DNA of 63,900 nt, the filler included, from Octopus bimaculoides (taxonomy: Eukaryota): NCBI RefSeq assembly GCF_001194135.2. It is 7 parts of 6 records of this genome, joined end to end, with 100 filler letters (N's around TTAATTAATTAA, not from the genome) between each part and the next. Parts side by side here need not be neighbours in the genome. Positions count along the whole stretch, not along the records: positions 1 to 26,131 come from NC_068985.1; positions 26,232 to 34,912 come from NC_068991.1; 5 more parts are not named here. One strand, written 5' to 3'. The notes under the pieces are model-generated. The model was not told the origin of the DNA. It saw nothing but the letters and a program-made list of their open reading frames with translations, and searched no databases. Positions 13,330 to 27,225 of this stretch are shown piece after piece. Position 1 is the stretch's first letter. Every line of letters starts with the position of its first letter. Both the position numbers and the translations under genes were made by a program.

Positions 13330-15863
13330 TAAGTTTTAAATTGATTTCTTTTAATTAGATGAACGGCACTATTGTTTTTGCTCAACCCTTTTGTTACTGT
13401 ATTTCTGACCAAAATACACACTTTATGTGTTTCAATTAAATTCTAAAATAATCGTGAATTTAGACTGGTTTCAGAAAACAATTTGTTTTTATTTATCATT
13501 GTAATTTTTGGAACACAATTTAAAAGGTTCATAAACAAATCTATTGCATACTTTTTGTCTCAAACAGACTCTAATTACAGGTAAATTCAACTAAATATAA
13601 AATTATTCAGTTTTGTGTAAACATCAGCATAGTAAATGAGTTATTAGCTAATATTCAGTTGGGTATACAACAAAATTTTAATACCAAAGAATTGTGTACA
13701 TTACTGGATTATTAGTTGAACTTAAATGCATGTAAGACAGGTGTAATATTAGAGGTGAAAATGGAATGAAATAGTGGAATTTATCGTTGAAGAAAACTAG
13801 AAAATGAAATATACATACCAGTAACTAAATGAAATAAATATACAGAAACATATAATAATGATTCACAGTACAAATTGATAAATTTGTCATGTACCTTGCA
13901 GGTAAATTAAAATTACAGGTAAATAAAATATGAAAATATAAAATCAAATCATCTATATNNNNNNNNNNNNNNNNNNNNNNNNNNNNNNNNNNNNNNNNNN
14001 NNNNNNNNNNNNNNNNNNNNNNNNNNNNNNNNNNNNNNNNNNNNNNNNNNNNNNNNNNGCTATAATTATTGAATATTTCAATGAGATCTTACTGCTATTA
14101 ATTCTAGCATTAGAGAGGCACCTATCATACAGAAAGTCAAGTAAATACCTTGTAGATGAAAAGAAAAATAATAAAACAAGGCAATACCAGTTGTCAGGTT
14201 TGAACTCCTGACCAATGGAGTCCAGAAACACTACATCACACTGATAGTAAATCTAAACAGTTTGACAATCACATCCTGGTAACATTGTAAAGCTACATTA
14301 GTCGGTTACCTCCTTAGAAAGTGTGTGAATCCAAGAAATAGTCTTCACACAAGTCTTACAAAGAATACAGCTGATACTCTTTTGAAAAATAAGAAAACAC
14401 AAACACGTTATAAAATATTGTNNNNNNNNNNNNNNNNNNNNNNNNNNNNNNNNNNNNNNNNNNNNNNNNNNNNNNNNNNNNNNNNNNNNNNNNNNNNNNN
14501 NNNNNNNNNNNNNNNNNNNNNNNNNNNNNNNNNNNNNNNNNNNNNNNNNNNNNNNNNNNNNNNNNNNNATCAATGTTTAGATTTGAATTCCAAAACGAAG
14601 CAAAGTAAATTGTTTTCACAAGAGAGAGACACGTGTGGCTTGCCTGACTAACATCAACAAAACAGTGAAATATTAAAAGTGAATATGTCTGGAAAATAAT
14701 AAATAAAAATATAAAAGTATCACCATTAAATGAATTGAGACCAAAAAAAAAAAGGGATGGAGGTTAATTTGTGTTCTTATCCAGTTGGATGGAAAAAAGG
14801 TTTTCTTTAACTTCATTTTGGCACAGAGCATGGTGGAACACATGAAAATACTAAAACCATACAAGGTTAGAATTTAAATCGATAACAATATACTAATTTA
14901 CAAAGTATCAGCTTTTTGTTGCCAGATATATTTATATAAAAAAATAAAATGCAATCTATGAAATATGACAGAACAATATGAAACAAATGTTCCTGAAAGA
15001 ATGGAACGGTAAGAACCTTGAATATCAAGAGAATAAAAATCTAGTTTTATTATTCCTTGGCCCTAGTTGAAGTAGAAATTATCCAAGCCCTTCTCTTTAA
15101 AAGAAACTAGAAAAAAGATATCAACACACAACCCTATTCTTGTTTTTCCCATTGCGGCAGGCTTTTAATGAAGCCTCAACTTTCAGGGACCTTTAGAATT
15201 TGAGCAGATTTTCTTTCTCTTGAAATCTAAGAGAAAAACTTAAAATTAAAATATTTTCAAATGTTTCTTTCACTGTTCAAAAGAAAAATTAGTTGAAATA
15301 TCAAAATGGTGAGATGATATCCTTTCTCTAAGTCAAACAATTTTAGTGCATCACAAACACCTAGTTCCACACCATTTATACTTGCTTAGAACTATGTTTT
15401 TCGAAATACTTACAGTAAAACCTCAACTAAGAAAAGTCGATTTCCATGGAACTCAGAATCTACAACACAACAAATGGTTCCATTACAATAATATAAAACA
15501 CAAACATATCTCCAAAGACCTGCCTTAATAAAAAAAGTGTGTGTGTGTGTGGGGGGGGGGTTAATTAATTGGTTTCACATAAGAATTGGCAGTTAACCAG
15601 GAGAATATTAAATGAAATCTTACTCTACAATTAAGGACATTTCAAAACAAACACTTGCAGCAATTTCATGCTTTACAATATTGGTAACTAACTCCAAAAC
15701 TACTCTATTTGGGAAAATAGATTAGATATATATATACAGATATCATTACAGGTTTCATATTTTTTGCTTCATAATAGCTACTCCTCAAAGAAAAATGTAT
15801 ATGAATTCTGATTCAAGTGAATTACAGAAAAGATACAGACTAGATGACAAAGCAAAAAAGAAA

Positions 15864-15978
15864 GAAACCCCATTTGGGGAAAATAAAAATCAGGGTAAAA
15901 GAAACGCCATTTGGGGAAAATAAAAATCAGGGTAAAAGAAATGCCATTTGGGGAAAATAAAAATCAGGGTAAAAGAAA
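15864..15978. repeat. Tandem repeat, 3 x 37 bp
   Basis: Unit gaaacgccatttggggaaaataaaaatcagggtaaaa starts at 15864, 15901 and 15938, with no spacers. Confidence 0.95.
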
Positions 15979-16099
15979 GTGCAAGTTTACTGAAGTTAAT
16001 CTGTCAGCATAATATAGAGTTAAGATGAGAATTTTATTCACACTAATGGCAAAACTAAACCCATAATAAGGGGTTTGTAAACAACAGTTTATTTAGTCC

Positions 16100-16276
16100 A
16101 AATGGCACTAATTAGGCAACGTGTCTACGATACAGTGTGTGTCAAATGATACAGGAGTTCTATGGGATTTAGTGTTAGAGGGGTATCAGCGTTTTTTACA
16201 CAGGTGGGCGATGGAGTATTTTTTGGCCAATAGGTGGGCAATATTGCAATTTAGTATGAAAAGTTTGGGAAACACT
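16100..16276 (+). mobile_element. hAT terminal segment
   Basis: Ends aaagtttgggaaacacta (reverse complement TAGTGTTTCCCAAAC) with subterminal gtgggcga motifs. Confidence 0.55.
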
Positions 16277-16430
16277 AAGGTATTCGGTTTTCAGTCCCCT
16301 CCTATTCATGATCGTCTTCCAGTCCAAACCAGAGGAATTGAAGACCAGATGCCTCTGGGAATTGTTATATGCCAATGATCTTACAGCAGATTCTCTAATG
16401 GAACTAGAAAAGAAATTCCAGGTGTGAAAG
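16277..16430 (+). mobile_element. RTE RT fragment
   Basis: Reads SVFSPLLFMIV...WELLYANDL...MELEKKFQV. Confidence 0.8.
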
Positions 16431-16689
16431 CTAATTAGGTCAAATGATTTCTATATATAAAAAATACAAAAATGGGACAAGAACACAAAACATTCTATGT
16501 CTTTATGCAGCTGAGGATTGCTCTGCATTTAAATTGATGTAATGATTGCATCGTTCAATTAAATGGAATTGCTTGAAATGATGACAGCACCGCATGACTG
16601 GCATCTGTGCTAGTGGAACGCTAAGAGCACCATCCGAGCGTGATCGTTGCCCGGACAGCATTCGAGCATGATCGAATATATATGATTGC

Positions 16690-18140
16690 TCCAATACTGA
16701 AATACTGAACATATACCATCATCAAACATTGATTATCCACAACAGTTGACTCATCACTTGTATAGAAAATTCAGAATGCTGGAGGATATTAATGAGCTGA
16801 TGTTTGACATTGTTGGCCATTTAATCAATCCTTCAAGAAATTGTGTTGTTACCAAGTGGGATCGTCTTCATAATGTCATCGGGTTTTTTGTGCATAATGG
16901 TTGATAAAATCTCTTCGATAACCGGGTGAAGTAATGTTTCTCCAATTGTGTGAAACCTCCTAGACTTAGCAACAAGCAATGCAATGTTGTATGATGCAGT
17001 CAACCTGTCATTCTCCTGTTTACTAGTTTCCTAGAGTAGTGTATTGAATGTTTGTGTTTGCTTTTTAAAAAAGGCACTCAGTTGCAAAATGTATGATAAC
17101 GGCTTGTCCTTGTCAGAATGCTTTGCATCAAAGTGATACTTCAAGCGTGAAGGTTTCATTGCTTCGTTGGTCATTGTTCGATGGCAAGGAAGGCACATTG
17201 GTAATTGACAGTTCTGAGGGGAGGGAATAAATCCAAACAATAAATAATCACTACTGCACTGTTGACCAATTTTCTTGACTGGAGGCATCAGTAAAGTGAA
17301 AATTTCAAAAGGAATTTCTACAGATGGCGTCAGAAAGGCAGTATGGTATTCCCAAAGAGAAGAAGCTGATAGTGCAGAGTCAGATGATATTTCTTTACTG
17401 GAGTCAATATGGATCTAGTTTGTTTGGCTGCCAGCATTTCAAAAATTAAAGTTAATCGAAAATTTTAAAATTTGGCACATGAATATAGCTTTTGCTGGAG
17501 TTATTCAACTTTTTCCAGAAAACTGTTTTTAAAAAGTTTTAAAGGTTTAAAGTTTGATCATTTTCACCCAATCAAGAAACATAATTTCAAAGCTGTCATT
17601 TTGTATGTGACTGCACATTTTGTCAACATCCTGAAAATAGCACTTGTGTTTTGATATGAAACTGTAGAATTACACACGACTTATAACCCCTCATAACTTT
17701 TCTATTTTTTGGAGTTTTCAGAAAATTTTTGTGAATTTGTATTCTACACATGGGACTTCATACAATTATACCCTCCACCAAAAAAAAATTGTGGTGGAGT
17801 GTGATTTAAAGCCTAGGCTTATTTGGCTGCTATTTTTAGCACACACGACAACCATCTCAATGACTGTGCGACAAAAATATTCAACTGATAAACAAGTCCC
17901 CTTTTTTAATACAAAGGGACATCTCATACAAGTAGTCAAATCGATAAAAATGCATCCTTATTCTAGAATGCATAACTATAAGTAAATGCAGACTTAGTTT
18001 CTAAAAATTCTTTGTCACCCACACAATGTTCACATCGCTTACCAAAATCTCAAATTGCCTACCATTTTCTAGAAATTCGCCCATCACCCACCTGTAAGTT
18101 GAATTCGCCCACTAGTGGGTGATATTGCCTACTTTGGGAA
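16690..18140 (-). mobile_element. Buster/Charlie-type hAT transposon 5' portion, inactive
   Basis: BED-finger ORF 17031-17288 (YLLFGFI..PMCLPC..MTNEAMKPSRLKYHFDAKH), then ASYNIALLVAK..HTIGETL..IPLGNNTIS*RID*MA..FSIQ-DEST; 5' end catagcttcccaaagtaggcaatatc. Confidence 0.85.
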
Positions 18141-19670
18141 GCTATGGTCTAAATTTATCATTATACTCATGGTTAACTCTCATCTTACTGACAGAATCTC
18201 TGTACATTGCTTTTATGGCTTTAACAAGTCACTTGTCCATACCTGGCTTCCTCAGAGCCCACCATATCACAGCGGGGTACTCTGTCAAAAGCATTCACTA
18301 AATCAACAAATGCCAAGTACAATGGTTTACTCTTGGCCAAATACTTTTTCTGCAGGTGTCTGACTATAAAGATGGCATCAGTAATACTTCTCCCTGGCAC
18401 AAAGCCAACCTGCACTTCATCTAATCTAATTCTACTTCTAATTAACTGGGCTGTAACTTTTTCTGTAACTTGCATGACCTAGTCCAGCAACTTGATGCCT
18501 TTGTAATTACTTCTGTCTAAGATGTCTCCCTTATCCTTGCAGCAGCTGACTATAATCCTCCTAGACCAGTCATTGGGGATGACACCTTCCTGAATAACCT
18601 GATTAACTATATGGGTGACCAGACCATATCCTACTCTGCTGGATATTTAAAGTATCTCAGCAGTGACTCCTGGGCCAGGGGCTTTCCCTGACTTCATATC
18701 CTTCTTTAATTTGCCTTGTCTATCATACTACTGTGAACATGAATAGTTGGTCCCTCTGTTGGGTTCACTCAGGGGAGATTTCTTTTCTCCCATTCATTCT
18801 CCATATTTAATAGCCTTTCATAGCAGCACTTCCATGCCTTGTTCTTTTCGGAATCACTGAGTGCATGCATACTGTTATTCATTCAACACACTTCTCTCCC
18901 ACAACATCTCGATTCTCTCCAAGACACTAATCTAGACACCTCCTCAGGTCTTTGATCTTTACACTGTAAGACACTGGCTAAAATCTTCTTTTCTGCTTCT
19001 GCCCTGTTTCGATAAACTTGTCACCTAAGTTCCCTCTTGGCTACCTGAAATAGCTCTTTGCTGCCTCCATTTCTCCAGTCTTTCCAAGCCTGTCTCTTCG
19101 GTTTTATGGTCCTATCTACCTCATTGTTCCATCACTTCCTTTTTCGGGCCACTTTGTATATCTGTGTCAATCTAACCCTAGGTCTGAAGTCACTAACCAC
19201 TAATGTTGTACATTCCTCACTGGGAAGGGATTTGCATTTATAAGCATCTGTCTATCCCAATCTCTGGTGAAGATGTAGTCAGTCTGGCTTGTGTACCCAC
19301 CAGACTGATACGTGATTAGATGTCTGACTGGTTTCCTGCAGACCAACAAGTCATTTGCCTTGTTCCTTCCTCATTTCTAGTACCATAGCCAAAACCTCCA
19401 TACACACCATAAAATCCATTGGCATGTTGTCCAACATGACCATTGAAATCACCAGCTACAGTTGTAATGTCATTGTCCTTTGTTGATGATGCAGTCTGCT
19501 GAAGGGACTCATTGAAACAATCCTTCAGTTCATTTGTTAGACCAGCATGTGCAGAGATGTGTCACTGTTACATTATACAAAACTCTTCTTAACTTAATGA
19601 TCCTGTCTCATATACTGACTGCCTCAATCACCTTCTCTGCCACAAGTATACTTACCCCGCGCTGCTAATG
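18141..19670 (-). mobile_element. Degenerate RTE LINE (APE C-terminus to mid-RT)
   Basis: GDFNGHVGQ..GVYGGFGYGTRNEEG, KAPGP, and ORF 18221-18475 (AFVDLVNAFDRVP). Confidence 0.9.
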
Positions 19671-22193
19671 AGATTTGTACTGAAATTCTCATTTCAATAT
19701 GACTAGGTTATTTCAGCTGTTTTTGGTCATGTTGTCTTTTGCCTTCAAAATTCTCAGATAGATTCAGGCAGTTTGGTATCAAAAAAGTTAATTTATGGTG
19801 ACTAATAGTGAATTTATAGTACCAACTAGTAAATATATATTTATATAACATTTATAAACATATTTATAATTGATCCTAAAATGACCCTTGTTCATTCACT
19901 AGAATTGCACCTCCACTGCATTTCTTATAATTCCTCACTTTCTCCACGCACTCTATATCCTGCCTGCTTTCTTATATTTCCATTCTGCTATGCCCTGGAC
20001 TCACTCTGACTTGTTATCACCACTGTTTTTATTTTTCTTTCCAGCACCACACTGGTTACTCCCACTCATCCTTCTATAACATGTGTAGCCATGTTTTTCT
20101 CTGACAGTAAGACACTTATTCTGACACTTCCTTCTTACTCTAACCATTTATCATCTATGCTACAGTAGAGAAGGAGACGGCTTTATGCTTGGAGGTGAAA
20201 GGTTAAAATATGAAAGGCAGGGCTAGAATAGAACAGGTTTCATGCTGTATAGGAGCTCTACGGCTACTTAAAGTATAGAAGAGTAGGTTGGAGTAACCAG
20301 GTTACAACTGGAAAGAGAGAAAATAGTGATGAGATAAGATTTTAGAGTGGACCTTTATGGTACGAACTGAATATGTATGTATGTATGCATGCATGTACGT
20401 AAGTAACATCTATGTATGTAAGTAGCATATATATATGTACGTATGTATGCATGCATGTGCATATGTACATACATACATGCTAGCTGAAATATCTAGACTG
20501 AAAACACGGAATTGTTGTACATGAAGCAACATAATGTTTTTTATTGCAAATCTTCTGGACAAACCAGAGGTTCCCATCTGCAAAAAACTAAAAGGAAAAA
20601 AATTTGCCAGTTGAATACTTTGAATCCCATTTCTTCCCTTTTTATTCCTAAACCGGAATCTTAACTCTAAACTCTAACCCTAAATCCTAAACTTTAAAAC
20701 TTAACTTTGTCCCAAAATATTAATTAATAATCCTGGACTATAAAGATTAACATTTCTTTTTCTTTGAGATCTGAATCTATATCTAAAACAAAATTCTGAA
20801 ATAAATTTCTAAGAAAACAATTCAAAAATCAAAAATTTTTTTTGACCAGTTGATCTTCCCTGGCAGAAAGGAGGGAGAATGAAAACAAATATTGCAGTTT
20901 TGAAAAAATGTTTTCATTTGTAGAATATAGTTATTTCTTGTACTTAAAATCTAGAAATCCAAAGAAATTTTTTAAAATTGTATGTGTGTGTATAAAAGTT
21001 ACCATTGCTTAAAGTTCCTTTGAGATTGAAAATAGTTCCTGCAGACATAATTTTATTACTATGCAACAGTCAATTCACTACAGTGTTAATATCCTGAGTT
21101 TTTTTATTCCAGCCTATGTTGGCTTAGTGTATATGTGTGTTTGTGTGAAACAGAGGAGTTGAACTAGCTGTGGATTAAATGTAGTTATGTGACCTATGAT
21201 TGGGCCAGAGCTGCTACTAGTGCCCAAGAACTCAGAACATGAAGAGCCAGAACTGTACTCTATTTACTCTATGTGCACATGCACATGTGCAAGGGAGAGA
21301 GGAGTGCATCTGTGTGAACTTGTATGAATGTGTATGCATGTATATTGGTATATGTGTTTGAATATCTGTTTATTTGCATGTCAGTATATGTGAGTGTCCT
21401 GTGTGTAATAGCACGTGTAGTGTGTAGTAGCATTTTTCTACTGCAATATCCTTCTCCACTCTCACTTCAAAGCTTTATCTACTTCACACTTGCAGCCTGT
21501 CTATGACATTTGTGATACCTAGGTCTAGTTCAGTTTTCTAAGTATTAACATGCGAGCATACGTACCAAAAAACATTGCTCCTTGATCTGTGGTAAGGCTG
21601 TGCTTTTGTTGTTCTGTAACAAAAAATAGTTACTAAATATAAGAGAGATAAGGATGCCTCTATGCATCCACTTTATGATACAAAATGAACATTAATTGTG
21701 CCAGTGTAGTAGATATCAATGACATTTTCAGCAGCCCTCAAAAATTGCCTGTAAGGTACACATTCTTGTGGGACATGTAACGTTGTTGTTAAAACCATTT
21801 ACAAAATATACACGCTCATTTAAAAATAAGAAATGCTGGTTAAACATTCTGATAAAAACTGCTGTCTTGTGTAAACACAAAGGCTTCTGTTAGACGAAAA
21901 ATTTATGCACTGTTGTAGAGTCACCTACCCAGTGGTAGTGAATGTCTTATCTAACTTGGAGTACATGAAGAGAGACTTAATGAGATATTTGCAGTCTAGT
22001 CTTGGGCTAGAGATATTAACTTGGATATCCAGAATCTACAAAAGGCTAGTTATGCTCCACTTTGTGAAACTTCTCTTAGAGATAACTTATCTGTTATCTA
22101 TCTTGTTGTCTATCTAGTTGATTAGCTAATCTTCTTGCTTAGTTCCTATCTATGCTAGTTTAATAGATTTGTATTGTTAATACAGTGAACATA

Positions 22194-22533
22194 GTGAAAG
22201 TGCATGGCTCAGTGGTTAGAGCGTCGAGCTTACAATTGTGAGGTTGTGAGTTTGAATCCCGGACCGTGCTGCGTATTGTGTTCTTGAACAAGACACTTTA
22301 TTTCACGCTGCTCCACTTATATCACTCAGCTGTAGAAATGAGTCGCGATGTCACAGGTGCCAAACTGTATCGGCCTTTGCCTTTCCCTTGGATTACATTG
22401 GTGGCATGGAGAGGGGAGGCTAGTATGCATGGGCGACTGCTGGTTTTCCATAAACAACCTTGCCCAGACTTGTGCCTTGGAGGGTAATTTTCTAGGTGCA
22501 ATCCCATGGTCAGTCATGACCGAAGGGGGTCTC
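22194..22533 (+). mobile_element. Full-length tRNA-derived SINE
   Basis: A box tggctcagtggttag, B box gagtttgaatccc, central ttgtgttcttgaacaagacacttta domain. Confidence 0.85.
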
Positions 22534-22559
22534 ATCAACACTGAACATGCTTTGGGAGG

Positions 22560-23400
22560 CCAGGATAAGTGGAACCAAGGAAAAGCTGGTGAAGTATGTA
22601 GTCCAGCGTCTCTCTTCCAGAGTGGTATTAGTTGGATGGTTTGACAGAATTTGATGAGTGAGAGGACCGTTGAGCTCTTATGTCTGCTCTGGCATAGATG
22701 GATGCCCTTCCTTAAACTGACCACTTTACAAGCATGTTCTGGGTGCTTTTCTCATAGCACCAGCACTAGTGAGTTTGTCAAATAACTTGTAAGGCAAAAA
22801 GAAAAAAGAAGCCATATTGTTAGGGTTTGATAGATAGATAGATAGATAGAGAGAGGTAGCTTCATATTAGGTGTTGAGAAGCTAAAGTATGATAGGTCAA
22901 GAAACAGTCTTGTCATACAGGAGATACATGGCTACTTCACATTAGATAAGTGTGGGTGGGTGTAGTTGGAAAAGGAGAGAAAGATAGTTGTGACAAGGTG
23001 TCAGGGCATACTCCCAAGGTATAATTAGGTAAATATGTGAAAATGGGGACAAAAGATCAAGTATAGTGGGTGGGTAAATTCACAAGAATGTGAATGGAGA
23101 GTGATAGATGGTTAGAAATGTGGATACAGTTGATCCAAGGAGGAAGTGATAAGTAGCAGTAGAGAAAGAGTGGAGAGCAGCTGTGTAATATAATTGTAGA
23201 AATTTAGGAAATAAGGAGATGATGTGGAGTATGTGTGTGTGAGAGAGAGAGAGATAGTGCTAGATGCATAGTGTCAGATGGAAGTCAGAAATATGCAAGG
23301 GTGGATATGAGTGACAAGTAAAGGTGAGGTGGGCTGTAAGTGATTGAAATGAGCAGGTGCTAAGGATGAGGTATAGCAGTAATACGTAAGCTCCAAACAT
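22560..23400 (-). mobile_element. RTE 3'UTR fragment
   Basis: tggatgcccttcct tail motif and a GA-rich body shared with 1850-2400. Confidence 0.5.
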
Positions 23401-24579
23401 AGAGAATATTCAGTTTTATATCCCATACCAGGGTATCAAAACTGAGCCCCCTACAGATAATGGATTGCAATATGAAATGCTTGAATTTCATTTAATTATT
23501 TGTAGGCCTGAAAAAAATCACTAGTTTTCCAAACTTTTTTTACATAAAAAGCTTACCACCATTATTTCCAAGGCTGTGGTGAGAAAAAAATGGGGAAAAA
23601 ATCATTGTCAAAACAGAGAAAATCCAACTTATGTTGGCATCCTGATCTGAAATTCTGCCATTTACAGCCATTTTTAATAGTCTAATTAAAATTTTATGCA
23701 AATGCTGTCATACCCAAAAATCTCCTGATTTATTTACCTCCATACCTACTTCATATGTGCCAAAATGCAAGTTCCTCTGACTTGTAGTTTTGGATTTAGC
23801 TAGCTCTGAAAATGCTGCAAAAATCAACCATTTGTTACACAACAAAATAAGCTTTATGTAAATATTTAAAATATTGTCAAAAAATTTTCTTTCCAAGAAC
23901 TGCAAAAAAATGAGGCAACTACTATACCATGGTCACTATTAAGTTGTGTAATTTGAAGATGATTATCACTTCAGTTCAAAGATATGATGTCACAAATATA
24001 GCTACTTATTCATTTAGGCAAATTAAAGCAAAATTTCGACCAATTCGTTGACCATTCAAATTGTCATATTTCCTAAAATATTCATCCAAATTTCACAAAT
24101 GAAGTATCAAAATGTTTCTGTTTGGATGCTTCCAACAAAGAAATTACAGTAGAAATGACATTTAAATATTTTGAAAATTTCATAGTGGGACCTACTCTTA
24201 CGCCCAGTTTTTTTCTCAGCACATTTGCCCATCACACTGACATTGCCACTTCCTGTGAAACATGCTAGTTTTGTTTCTTTCAAACCTTTTGCATTCCTTC
24301 TTTGGTCATGGCACATCACTATCATGTAGTATTGCTGTTCATACACAAATGTCCTAAAATCTACTTCTCATTCTGAGAGAGAGAGTCCTTTTGTTATCAA
24401 GAGGGGTAATAGCTCTGTGAACTTTCTCTAGCCATTTCATATTCTAACAACTATACTGCTAATTAGGTCATCTAGGTAACAAACTATCTAGAGCGTCTAA
24501 ACATCCTCCTGGACACAAGAAAATCTATTTTCTGTGTGTTCTTTGTATATATTATTCTTGTGCTTCTACAATAAAGTCT

Positions 24580-24790
24580 TCTTTCTTGCAGTTAGTCCAT
24601 TGTAGCAGGGTTTACAACAGATATGTGAGGTCCAGGATTTGTCCTGATCTCCAATTTTATAGCAGTTTTCAGGAGGGAAGTAATTGTTTGGTGCTGTGCA
24701 TCTGTTGTGAAATCCCCCAACATGTAGCAGAATGAATTTGCCTTGTTGATGCATCCTCAGTGTTTTGAAGTACCTGAAGCCATTGTAGAG
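24580..24790 (-). mobile_element. DNA-transposon transposase N-terminal remnant (probably Sola-type)
   Basis: MAS..CINKANSFCY..GDFTT..IT..LKTA / KIGDQDKSWTSHICCKPC; superfamily assigned from recollection of the motif. Confidence 0.6.
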
Positions 24791-25014
24791 ATATGTGTCA
24801 CATGTGTCACAAAAATCTAGTAAACAAAATAAAGATTGATCGTATATATGGTTATGTAAATTGTGACAAAATCATAACAATATATATCTCAAAAACTAGA
24901 GGTGATGAGTGGAAACTGGTTTTGTATCTGAAATCAGCATTCCAAAATTAGGCTAGAGCAACCATTTTTATGTTTGCCTCAATTTCTCTGTGAACCTCTG
25001 TAATTCTATTTCCT

Positions 25015-25400
25015 TTTACCTTTGCAGCAGTTAACTATAATGCTGCTATGACTGTCATTGGGTATGACACCCTGTACAACAAGATAAATGATATGAGTGA
25101 CTTGGCTGTATCCTACTCCACCAAGCATTTTAAACATCTCAGTGGCAAGTTCTGATGGACCTGGGTGTTTTCTTAACTTCATATCCTCAACACTACTATT
25201 TTATCTCTTTTTTTTTTTCCAGCTCCACTCTGATTGCTCTCACCTATTCTTCTATAACTTTAAATACCCATGTAGTCCCTATGAAGCAAAAAACTTATTC
25301 TGGCTCCTTCTCTTATACTTTAACTGCTTATCTCCTTGCATACAGCCACTTCCCTCTCTACTTTACTTCTACTCAGTCAAAGGATTTTTTTGCAAGCTAT
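25015..25400 (-). mobile_element. Degenerate RTE fragment (pre-RT)
   Basis: KHPGPSELATEMFKMLGGVGYS...PNDS..IIVNCCKG on the minus strand. Confidence 0.7.
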
Positions 25401-25767
25401 ATGGCAGCTTCATGAAAAAAAGCACCTAATACCACTATAAAGTCGTTGGTGTTTGGAAGGACATTCAGCCATAGAAACCATGCCAAAGCAGCTGATATGG
25501 TACTTAGACATGTCAGATCCTTTCAAACTGGTCAATCCATGCCTGCATGGAGGATGAATGTTAAAAGATTATGAAAATGATGATGTATGTTTTTTGAGTC
25601 TGTTTTTGTTTATACCAATGAAAAAAAAAAAACTCTACTGTTTATATTTACTGAAACCAGTAAAAGAAAATAAGATTATTTATAACGGTTCTGTTCTTTT
25701 TAGCACAGACATGATCTGATAGCCAAGTCATCTGATAAAAATATATGAACACTTATTTATCTTCTGA

Positions 25768-25890
<123 letters not shown>

Positions 25891-26022
25891 TGATGTAATG
25901 CCAGTTCAAAAAATGGGGGATATGTGAATGTCATTGTAAAGTTGTTTTTTAACATAAGCTTACACAGAGCAGGTTTTACAGCCACATCATCCAAACCGAC
26001 CAGGTGAAACTAGGCTTAACTG

Positions 26023-26065
<43 letters not shown>

Positions 26066-26082
26066 ATGTGTATATGTTTATG

Positions 26083-26131
<49 letters not shown>

Positions 26132-26231
26132 NNNNNNNNNNNNNNNNNNNNNNNNNNNNNNNNNNNNNNNNNNNNTTAATTAATTAANNNNNNNNNNNNN
26201 NNNNNNNNNNNNNNNNNNNNNNNNNNNNNNN
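26132..26231. other. Assembly join: 44 N + TTAATTAATTAA + 44 N
   Basis: Exactly 100 nt; spacer at 26176-26187. Confidence 0.97.
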
Positions 26232-27225
26232 CCTACTTCCCCCTCCTCCCCTTCCTCGCCACCCTTTCCATCACCTTTTCGCTCCTCCCCTCTCTTCCAC
26301 CTCTTACCATCACACCTCCTTTTCCCCCTCCTCTCCTCCTTCCTCTCCTTTCCCACCCCCTTCCCTAGCCCTTCCCCCTCCTCATAATTCCTCCTCCCGT
26401 TCATCCATCTTTCTTTCATACTCCTCCCTCTACATTTCTCATTCTTCCACTTCCTCTGCTACCTTCTCTTCCAGCTCGTCCTCTTCCTCATTTCCTCTTT
26501 CACCTCTTCCTCCACCACCTCTTACCTCACCTTCATCGTTGTGCTGTTGCTGTTGCGAACGGCGTTGTAATAGTTGTTATGTCTGTCATGGCTGCTAACG
26601 TTATCATAGTTGTTGTTGTTGCTTTCGTCGTTGATAACAGCGTTGCGATAACCAATCTTTGCTTGAAGTTTTGTTTTTTATTCTGCATCCTCTATCTCTT
26701 TTCATATTTTCCCATCATTCGCATCAATCACCATAGCAACAATAACGACGATGACGATGATGATGACAACGATGATGATGATGACCATGATGACGATGAA
26801 TCCACATCAAATAGTTTAATAAGAATTCAATATCAGCTGCCGACATATTTTCATGCTTGCGTCAGTCAGTCTTTGAAAAAAGAAATGTTTTTAGGAGAAT
26901 CAGACATTCGATAATCTTATTCGCTAAAGAATCATGTCTTGATCTTGTTCTTGTTGTCATTGTTGTTGGTGTTTATGCTTGCGCTTGTGTTTGTTTCTTT
27001 GTTCTTGTTGCTCGCGGAGATTTTGAATTATTTTATTGCATTTTATTATCATTATTATTATTGTTGTTGTTGTTGTTTTTGTTATTAAAGTTCTTATAAT
27101 GCCAAAACAAAAAACAAAAAAAAACGACAGCAAAAAACACATCAACAAAACCAAAGCCCTACCACAACAACGCCAACACCAACACCAACATCAACATCAA
27201 CATCAACACCCACACCAATGATGAC
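26232..27225. repeat. Low-complexity block: CT-rich, (GTT)n, (GAT)n, (CAA/CAT)n
   Basis: Direct reading. Confidence 0.9.

Noticed and set aside
15864-15978. 37-bp direct repeats as a CRISPR array
   Set aside because: Head-to-tail with no spacers, in a eukaryotic intron.
20660-20705. Telomere-like ctctaaccctaaatcctaaa
   Set aside because: Only one exact CCCTAA in a degenerate run; insufficient for an interstitial telomere call.
26176-26187. TTAATTAATTAA as a biological repeated motif
   Set aside because: Always centred in exactly 100-nt N blocks; an artificial linker.
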